A stretch of DNA of 63,782 nucleotides, filler included, from an uncultured Ignavibacteriales bacterium (GTDB taxonomy: Bacteria; Zixibacteria; MSB-5A5; GN15; JAAZOE01), in NCBI GenBank assembly GCA_964611355.1. It is 3 parts of 3 records of this genome, joined end to end, with 100 filler letters (N's around TTAATTAATTAA, not from the genome) between each part and the next. Parts side by side here need not be neighbours in the genome. Positions count along the whole stretch, not along the records: positions 1 to 26,504 come from CAZSYD010000030.1; positions 26,605 to 52,850 come from CAZSYD010000031.1; 1 more part is not named here. One strand, written 5' to 3'. The translations under genes and the position numbers were made by a program. The notes beneath the pieces were generated by a model. It was not told where the DNA came from and made no database searches. It saw only the letters and a list, made by a program, of their open reading frames with translations. Numbering within the stretch: the first letter of the stretch is position 1; each line of letters opens with the position of its first letter. Below, piece by piece: positions 20,121 to 26,700 of this stretch.

Positions 20121-20999
20121 TTAGATATTAATGGATTGTCTGACTAAAATATAATGACCGCTTGTCATGACACGGCTATCGGCAATCCCGCCGGGCAGGT
20201 TAATTCTTATCGCCGCCAAGTCGTCAATTGCAGCCGGAGGAATATTATCGATAGTCGAGGCGCTGCTGACATTGGACAGGCCCGACCAGTTTGGAACTTC
20301 ATCAGCCGCCTTGATCGCAAAATAATATGTCGTATCGGGATTCAGGCCGCCAACGGTGAAACTTTCATCGCTGCCCGCTGTCTGCGGGCTTGGCTCGCCG
20401 TCAACCTGTACGGCCGTCTCCCAGTTGGCGTCGGTTATCGGCGATGTTGAACAACGAATATCATACACCGAGGCGGTGCCGCTGGAACCGTCGTCCCCGG
20501 GGGCAGTCCAGGTAAGCGTGATACTGACGGCGGTCGCATTTCCCGCCGCCAGGTCGGCGATGACCGCCGGAGGTATTTCCTCGTCGAGGGTCTGACGGGA
20601 TACGACGTTGGAAAGTGCAGACCAGTTGGGGACCTCATCCGCCGCCTTGATCGCAAAATAATAAGTAGTACCCGAAGAAAGTCCTTCAACCGTAAGCGTT
20701 TCGGCGCTTCCGGCCGGCTGTGGAGCCGGCTCGCCGTCAACCTGTACGGCCGTCTCCCAGTTGGCGTCGGTAATCGGAGAAGCTGCATAACGGATGTCGT
20801 ATTGCAGGGCCGTTCCGATCGTCCCGTCGTCACCCGGAGCCGTCCATGTAAGAGTAATCGACGTCGGCGTCGCTTCCTGAGCCATTGCCGTATCGCCGGT
20901 AATAGAAACGACAAATACGATTAATGACACTGACGTCATTAAAAAAGCGACGCGATGTCTGCGAACATCCCGCCGTAACTTTAGCGCAAGGGCTGGCAT
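20121..20999 (-). CDS. Secreted protein with two tandem Fn3 repeats and no sorting tail
   Basis: Two copies of 'SITLTWTAPGDDG...YDIR...YYFAIKAADEVPNWS.LSN'. Confidence 0.85.
   Translation of the reverse strand: MPALALKLRRDVRRHRVAFLMTSVSLIVFVVSITGDTAMAQEATPTSITLTWTAPGDDGTIGTALQYDIRYAASPITDANWETAVQVDGEPAPQPAGSAETLTVEGLSSGTTYYFAIKAADEVPNWSALSNVVSRQTLDEEIPPAVIADLAAGNATAVSITLTWTAPGDDGSSGTASVYDIRCSTSPITDANWETAVQVDGEPSPQTAGSDESFTVGGLNPDTTYYFAIKAADEVPNWSGLSNVSSASTIDNIPPAAIDDLAAIRINLPGGIADSRVMTSGHYILVRQSINI
20392..20771. repeat. 44-bp exact direct repeat (20392-20435 and 20728-20771), 336-bp period
   Basis: GGCTCGCCGTCAACCTGTACGGCCGTCTCCCAGTTGGCGTCGGT occurs twice. Confidence 0.9.
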
Positions 21000-21026
21000 G
21001 ATTTTTCTCCTTATTATTGAGGCGAA

Positions 21027-22721
21027 TTACTTCAACAAGACCATTTTCCTGGTGTCTATATCGCTGCCTGCCCAAACGCGATATGTATACACGCCGGAGA
21101 CCACCGGATTGCCGCCGGCATCGGTACCGTTCCAGGTTACTGAATAGGCACCGGCCGGTTTGATTTCATCGACTATTTTGGCAACAAGCTGCCCCAGGAC
21201 ATTGAAAATAGAAATACTCACATGCGCTTCCGACGGCAGGGAGTATTCAATCATCGTCGTTGGATTAAACGGGTTGGGATAGTTCTGAGACAGGCTGAAT
21301 TCCGTCGGCAGATTATCGGTATCATCATCAACATCGGCCCCGAAATCGAATCCGGCTATTCCATTGGCAATATTGGACAGTTTGGATGCGTTATTAACCT
21401 CGTCAAAAACGACCATCGCCACCCAGTATTCACCGGCCTGGTCAAGACCGGTTAAAGTGAAGGTTTGGATTTCTCCCGCAGGAAGAGGGACGGGCGGAGT
21501 CGGCCAGATGTCAGCCTCCTGCCGGTTCGCCTCGGTTAGAGTGTCGCGGGAATAAGCTATCTGATAATGATGAGCGTTGGTCGGTACGGTCCAGGTCAGA
21601 ATTAAATCGCCTATATTATCTCCGGTTGCGGCAATCAAGTCATTGACGGCTTCGGGAGGCGTTTGTTCAATATAATAAAATGCAACCGGGTTTGTCCAAG
21701 ATGAATAACCGCCGCCGTCAAAGGCGCGGATCCTCCAGCGGTACCAGACATCGGCGGCGAATTGATACTGGGGCGTAAACGATGTAAACGGGTCGATTCC
21801 CTGGCCAATGCCTGAAACGAACAAAAGAAGCGCCGTACCCGCCGAATCATAAAGCTCGACCTGATAAAATATCTGATCATCCTCCGGATCGGCGGCATTG
21901 TACCAAACCAGCCATAAGGGCGATAATGTTGCCGTGTCCCCGTTGGCCGGATAATACGCCACAGGTACACCGGGAGGATTATTGTTACCGGCGATATTAA
22001 CCGTAAATGACATCGGCGTCATCCACTCGCCATAGGCGGAGCCGTTAAACACCCGCGCCCGCCAGTAATAAAGCATCCCGTCCAACAGCTCGGTACTGAC
22101 CTGCCAGGAAGTATATTCGGCGCCGGCCGGAATAGCTTCCGACTGGGCCGCCAGAGTCGAAAAATCGGAATATATCGACACTTCAAAATAATAGGTTACC
22201 GGATCGCCTTCGGGATCGATCACGTTGCCGACAATCAGGTATGGCCTGAGATTTTCGGCAACTCCCTGGTCGGAGGGAGATATTCCTTCCGGCGGCGGAA
22301 GCGGTTCATCAAGAGTTCTTCCAACCATAATATTTGAAACGGTCGACCAGTTGGGAACCTCATCAGCAGTTTTAACGGCAAAATAGTAATCCGTTTCCGG
22401 TATCAGTCCGCTGACCGTAACCCTTTCGGCATGCCCGGCCGCCTGCGGTGCAGGCATATCGGCAACCTTTACCGCCTGATCCCAGTTTTCTTCCGACAAC
22501 GGGGAGGTTAAATAGCGGATATCATATTCCGTCGCGGTTCCTGACCCGCCGTCATCCCCCGGGGCCGTCCAGTTAAGGGTAATGGAAGTTGAGGTGGCGT
22601 CGCCGGCCAAGGCATTCCGGGGCACGGCAAAGATCATGAGGATCAGTCCAACGGCCAATAAAAGAACTCGGCCGAAACCTGAAATACGACTCAATATATG
22701 ATTGGAAGAAATCGACGGCAT
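21027..22721 (-). CDS. Secreted multi-Fn3/Ig protein with FlgD/Por-secretion-like C-terminal tail
   Basis: Signal peptide; Fn3; two 'DPE.D...Y...Y.WR.RA' Ig-like modules; Fn3; 'LSQNYPNPFNP...KMVLLK'. Confidence 0.85.
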   Translation of the reverse strand: MPSISSNHILSRISGFGRVLLLAVGLILMIFAVPRNALAGDATSTSITLNWTAPGDDGGSGTATEYDIRYLTSPLSEENWDQAVKVADMPAPQAAGHAERVTVSGLIPETDYYFAVKTADEVPNWSTVSNIMVGRTLDEPLPPPEGISPSDQGVAENLRPYLIVGNVIDPEGDPVTYYFEVSIYSDFSTLAAQSEAIPAGAEYTSWQVSTELLDGMLYYWRARVFNGSAYGEWMTPMSFTVNIAGNNNPPGVPVAYYPANGDTATLSPLWLVWYNAADPEDDQIFYQVELYDSAGTALLLFVSGIGQGIDPFTSFTPQYQFAADVWYRWRIRAFDGGGYSSWTNPVAFYYIEQTPPEAVNDLIAATGDNIGDLILTWTVPTNAHHYQIAYSRDTLTEANRQEADIWPTPPVPLPAGEIQTFTLTGLDQAGEYWVAMVVFDEVNNASKLSNIANGIAGFDFGADVDDDTDNLPTEFSLSQNYPNPFNPTTMIEYSLPSEAHVSISIFNVLGQLVAKIVDEIKPAGAYSVTWNGTDAGGNPVVSGVYTYRVWAGSDIDTRKMVLLK

Positions 22722-22827
22722 ACCTTTCCCCTCTTTGATCGGAGAAATATCTATTCAAATATTGAGCCGACTGAAACATATTCGCGGAATTTGTTGTTTA
22801 ACAATCGATTGCGGGAATGGCAACGTA

Positions 22828-22844
22828 CGTTTCAGACTGAAACG
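22828..22844. promoter_or_regulatory. Perfect inverted repeat, candidate operator
   Basis: CGTTTCAG-A-CTGAAACG in the divergent Fn3/thiN intergenic region. Confidence 0.45.
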
Positions 22845-22918
22845 AAAATCAAAATCATGTTGATCTTTTGGGCAGAAATCAAATAATCAACAGCAAAGGG
22901 ATACCGGAGAAAAGCGAC

Positions 22919-22948
22919 TTGACAATTTGAACTCATAAGGTGTATTTT
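22919..22948 (+). promoter_or_regulatory. Sigma70-like promoter of thiN
   Basis: TTGACA-N18-TATTTT. Confidence 0.55.
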
Positions 22949-23007
22949 TGGCCTGCGATAATGCCGATCATGTTCTTGGGATTAAGCGTGAGAGATTTTG
23001 CCCGGCC

Positions 23008-23032
23008 GGGAGTCATGGCTCCCTTTTATTTT
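23008..23032 (+). terminator. Leader terminator/attenuator upstream of thiN
   Basis: GGGAGT-CATG-GCTCCC followed by TTTTATTTT, 23 nt before the ATG. Confidence 0.55.
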
Positions 23033-23055
23033 AAGGCATAAAGCGAGTTTAAGGG

Positions 23056-23712
23056 ATGCCAAAGAAAGCCTTTTTATTCCTGAATGGCCATTACTACAAA
23101 GAGGATCGATCAATGATCCTGAGATTATACCGTCGGGCTAAACCAAAACCGCTTCTGGTGGCTGTTGACGGCGGTCTGGCTTTTATACAAAGGATCGGGC
23201 TAAAGCCCAAATACTGGCTGACCGATCTTGATTCGGCTCCAGATATCAAAAAAGGATTTCTCAAAAACACCGAGATCTTGCTTCATCAATCGCATAAAGA
23301 CAAAACCGATGCCGAACTTACTCTCGATTTCTGCACGCAGCTAAGAATTTTCGATTTTACCTTCTTTGGCTGGTACGACAGGACCGATGAAACCGACCAT
23401 CTCCTGGGTAACCTTATGCTTGCTCATCTTCTAAAAGGGACCGGGGGAAACATCAGGCTTAGATTTCTCGGCAGCCGCCAGGAAATACATTATCTCCACA
23501 ACGAAACCAAAGTCCTGAACTCAAGCAAAGAAAGGCGCATTTCCGTGATCCCGCTGGACAACTCAATCAGTCTTTCCCTGAGGGGAACCGAATACAAAGC
23601 CAGGGAACTGAATGTTCGTCAAGGCCGGACCATCGCCCTGAGAAATCGTATAACTGCCGAGCGGGCCATGGTCACCGTAAAGGGATCGGCCCTGGTGATA
23701 ATTGCCGGTTGA
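23056..23712 (+). CDS. thiN: Thiamine diphosphokinase
   Basis: 'LNG', 'AVDGG', 'DLDS', 'KDKTD.EL', 'DHLLGN', 'LRN'. Confidence 0.8.
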   Translation: MPKKAFLFLNGHYYKEDRSMILRLYRRAKPKPLLVAVDGGLAFIQRIGLKPKYWLTDLDSAPDIKKGFLKNTEILLHQSHKDKTDAELTLDFCTQLRIFDFTFFGWYDRTDETDHLLGNLMLAHLLKGTGGNIRLRFLGSRQEIHYLHNETKVLNSSKERRISVIPLDNSISLSLRGTEYKARELNVRQGRTIALRNRITAERAMVTVKGSALVIIAG

Positions 23713-23814
23713 TCCGCAAATCGGGGTATAAATTATATCTTGTAGCGGCTTTGGATTTGTCGTAATTTAGTTTAGTCAGGGAATTGGTGCCAAAAGGAGC
23801 ATGTCCATCTTTTT

Positions 23815-24801
23815 ATGAATATCCAGTCCGCCGGCAAAACCGATATCGGCCTTGTCAGGAAGCTGAACGAAGACAGCATTAGCCTTCGTGAAGACAGGCA
23901 CCTGTATATAGTCTGCGACGGGATGGGCGGTCATAATGCCGGTGAAGTAGCCTCTTCGACCGCTTGCGAACTTGTATCCGATCTGTATTGTGATTTTTAT
24001 AATCAGTTGCTGAATGACGAGCGTCTGCGTCTTCCGCGCATGCTTCCCCCTTCAACCGATGTGCTGACCAAGTCGGCTCGCATCGCCAATCACTGGATAT
24101 ATAAGAAAGCATTGGCCGACCCGGCTCTGTCAGGCATGGGGACGACCATCGTCGCCGTTGCCATCGAAGAAGATATCATCACCATATTACACGTCGGCGA
24201 CAGCCGAATTTACCGCTATCACGAAGGCGAGTTGACACCGCTGACCATCGACCACAGCTGGGCCGCTGAGCTGGAACAAACCGAAAAAATCACCGCCGAG
24301 GAAGCCCAAAAACTGGTCAATCGCAATGTCATTACCCGCGCCCTGGGCGTCAAGGATTCGGTGTCGATAGATGTGGCCGTTCGCAAGGTTATCGAAAACG
24401 ATACCTATATTCTCTGCAGCGACGGTCTTTGCGGCTTGGTCGATGATGATTCTACCCGCAGGGTTATTTCCAGCGCCAAAGGCGACGTGGGAAAAACAGC
24501 CTCACTTCTGGTTAAACTGGCCAATGAGCGGGGCGGTTCCGACAACGTCAGCGTAGCGGCGGTAAAAATCACAGGCGGGATTAATCCGTCCCGGCTACCC
24601 GAACTGGAAACGATAACCATCGACGCCGAACCGGAAGATTACTTCGCCGCCGAAGAAGAATGGGCTGAAAAAACCAAAAGCCGTATCAGTCAATCAAGCG
24701 AGAAAGAGACAGGAGAACCGGGAAATATCTTTCCCTTCGCGGCGGGTTTGCTGGTTGTGGCTGTCATTGTAATCATTTTTTATTTTATATTTAAGGGGTG
24801 A
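23815..24801 (+). CDS. PP2C-type Ser/Thr phosphatase (PrpC/Stp1) with a C-terminal TM anchor
   Basis: 'R..NED', 'DGMGGH..GEVAS', 'MGTT', 'HVGDSR', 'LCSDGL', 'GG.DN'. Confidence 0.9.
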   Translation: MNIQSAGKTDIGLVRKLNEDSISLREDRHLYIVCDGMGGHNAGEVASSTACELVSDLYCDFYNQLLNDERLRLPRMLPPSTDVLTKSARIANHWIYKKALADPALSGMGTTIVAVAIEEDIITILHVGDSRIYRYHEGELTPLTIDHSWAAELEQTEKITAEEAQKLVNRNVITRALGVKDSVSIDVAVRKVIENDTYILCSDGLCGLVDDDSTRRVISSAKGDVGKTASLLVKLANERGGSDNVSVAAVKITGGINPSRLPELETITIDAEPEDYFAAEEEWAEKTKSRISQSSEKETGEPGNIFPFAAGLLVVAVIVIIFYFIFKG

Positions 24802-24837
24802 GACTATCGGCCAGGAATACCGCCAGCCTTATTTCTA

Positions 24838-24867
24838 TTGACAAATTAACGGGGAACGATATATCTT
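24838..24867 (+). promoter_or_regulatory. Sigma70-like promoter of tRNA-Arg
   Basis: TTGACA-N18-TATCTT. Confidence 0.5.
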
Positions 24868-24892
24868 CAAAGCTGGTAAATACGATTATAAT

Positions 24893-24966
24893 GCGCCCAT
24901 AGCTCAACTGGATAGAGCGTCTGGCTACGGACCAGAAGGTTGGGGGTTCAAGTCCTCCTGGGCGTA
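24893..24966 (+). tRNA. tRNA-Arg (ACG); CCA not encoded
   Basis: Acceptor stem GCGCCCA/TGGGCGT, D-arm AGCTCAACTGGATAGAGC, anticodon arm TCTGG-CTACGGA-CCAGA, T-loop GGTTCAAGTCC. Confidence 0.97.
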
Positions 24967-25121
24967 TTTTTTATTAGTCTTTCGGTCGATTCCTCTCCGA
25001 CCCGGGTGCGCAATTTTAAGATTACATCGATAGTGGGTACTATTGCCAGTAAGCGTTCACTCATTCCACTTGATAGCATGTGAATAAACGGCTATCTTCA
25101 ATCGATATTATTCGGAAGAGA

Positions 25122-26441
25122 ATGAGCACTTCGCTGATATTATATTGCACCATCGGCACAGGGGCCGGGGTCTTGTTCGGCTTGTTTACGGTTACCTCAA
25201 TTCGTGAAAACAAACCACGAGCGGCAATAATCAGCGGCGTCCTTACCGCCGCAATCTGCATGATCTTGTCGGCCGGACTGATTTACCTTGAACCTTACGA
25301 AATGCTTTCCCTGATCCCGCCGGGATTAATCGTTTTGTTCGTTATCCTGTTTTTCATTCCGCTTGGCCGGGTAAATCCGATCAGGATCGGCAAAATCAAC
25401 CAACAGGTAGATGAACGTGATATAATGTTTGCCCGTGAGGAATATCAACCTGGCACTGAAAAGTATAAAGCCTACTACTCCCTCCGGCCGGAAAACAAAA
25501 AAACCGACGACCGAATACGCAGGTTGCCGGAGCTGCTGGAGCCTGGCGGTCGTTATTACGATTCAATCCAATCCGAACGTACCGCGGCAATCTTTCGGGT
25601 AATTGAAGACCTCCTAAAAAGTGTCGATGGCGAAATCAACCCGGAACGAACAGAAGTAAACGCATCTGAAATAACGGGTGCCATGAAGGAATTTACGCTT
25701 AATCTCGGCGCTGACGAAGTCGGCATCGCCAAACTCAATCCGTCCTTTGTTTATTCTCACGTTGGCCGCGGGCCTGAACCATGGGGTGCTCCAATCAATA
25801 ACCATCACAAGTTCGCCATTGCTTTTACATTGGAAATGGCATACAAACAGGTTGAAAAAGCTCCTCGCATCCCTATTACCGAGGAGTCGGCCCGGCAATA
25901 CTTGCGGGGAGCCATTATATCTGTCAATTTGGCGCAGCATATAAGAAGGATGGGATACCCGGCGCGAGCTCATATTACGGGAAGCAATTACCAGATAATA
26001 CTCCCCGCGGTGGCTCACGATGCCGGCCTGGGTGAATTGGGTCGCTTCGGCTATTTAATCTCGCCCAGCTTTGGCGCCAGAGTCAGGCTGGGAGCTGTAA
26101 CCACCGACCTGCCGCTGGTTCCCGATAGACCGATTACCTTTGGCGTCCAGGATTTTTGTGAAAAATGCCGGCGATGCGCCCACGTATGCCCTTCAGGGTC
26201 AATTCCAAAAGGAAGAAAAACCATCGTTCGAGGCGTCGAGAAATGGTCGCTTAACGTCGAAACCTGCCTTAATTACTGGCGTGTCATCGGCACCGATTGC
26301 GGACTTTGCATGAAAGTCTGTCCTTTCAGTCATCCGAAAAACCTGACACACGATCTGATCCGCAAAGGAATCAAATATTCCGCCTTCGCCCGATCTGTCT
26401 CTGTTCATGGTGAAAATATTTTTTACGGAAGAATATCCTAA
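25122..26441 (+). CDS. Reductive dehalogenase-like corrinoid/2x[4Fe-4S] protein with three N-terminal TM helices
   Basis: 'DERDIMFAR', 'AGLGELGR', 'TTDLPL.PD.P', 'FCEKCRRCAHVCP', 'C..YW...GTDCGLCMKVCPF'; ATG at 25122 preferred over GTG at 25080. Confidence 0.8.
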   Translation: MSTSLILYCTIGTGAGVLFGLFTVTSIRENKPRAAIISGVLTAAICMILSAGLIYLEPYEMLSLIPPGLIVLFVILFFIPLGRVNPIRIGKINQQVDERDIMFAREEYQPGTEKYKAYYSLRPENKKTDDRIRRLPELLEPGGRYYDSIQSERTAAIFRVIEDLLKSVDGEINPERTEVNASEITGAMKEFTLNLGADEVGIAKLNPSFVYSHVGRGPEPWGAPINNHHKFAIAFTLEMAYKQVEKAPRIPITEESARQYLRGAIISVNLAQHIRRMGYPARAHITGSNYQIILPAVAHDAGLGELGRFGYLISPSFGARVRLGAVTTDLPLVPDRPITFGVQDFCEKCRRCAHVCPSGSIPKGRKTIVRGVEKWSLNVETCLNYWRVIGTDCGLCMKVCPFSHPKNLTHDLIRKGIKYSAFARSVSVHGENIFYGRIS

Positions 26442-26448
26442 CATTAAT

Positions 26449-26477
26449 AAAAAGGGCCGGATGGGCCGGCCCTTTTT
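26449..26477 (+). terminator. Intrinsic, potentially bidirectional, terminator
   Basis: AAAAAGGGCCGG-ATGGG-CCGGCCCTTTTT. Confidence 0.85.
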
Positions 26478-26504
26478 GGTCATAATTTTAGTTCACGCTC
26501 TACT

Positions 26505-26604
26505 NNNNNNNNNNNNNNNNNNNNNNNNNNNNNNNNNNNNNNNNNNNNTTAATTAATTAANNNNNNNNNNNNNNNNNNNNNNNNNNNNNNNNNNNNNNNN
26601 NNNN
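26505..26604. other. Artificial contig linker
   Basis: N44-TTAATTAATTAA-N44, with stops in all six frames. Confidence 0.95.
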
Positions 26605-26610
26605 CAAAGC

Positions 26611-26643
26611 AAAACGGGGAAGCCCTCCCGGCTTCCCCGTTTT
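26611..26643 (-). terminator. Intrinsic terminator of the dockerin-tailed gene
   Basis: AAAACGGGGAAGCC-CTCCC-GGCTTCCCCGTTTT. Confidence 0.85.
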
Positions 26644-26700
26644 AGTCTTCCCGCTGAAAAATAATTTACATTTCAGCAGTAAAAGTAAAATCAGGCCTTC

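Noticed and set aside
20280..20780. Diversity-generating retroelement TR/VR pair
   Set aside because: No reverse transcriptase, both copies are in-frame coding repeats, and the differences are not adenine-specific.
22950..23055. Canonical TPP riboswitch
   Set aside because: The conserved TPP aptamer motifs are absent; kept only as an unclassified leader.
24893..26504. tRNA-integrated genomic island carrying the RdhA-like gene
   Set aside because: No integrase and no duplicated tRNA 3' end before the contig ends; cannot be supported.
26505..26604. TTAATTAATTAA palindrome (also at 52895-52906) as a biological repeat
   Set aside because: It is centred in identical N44 runs, so it is a synthetic six-frame-stop contig linker; synteny across it is meaningless.
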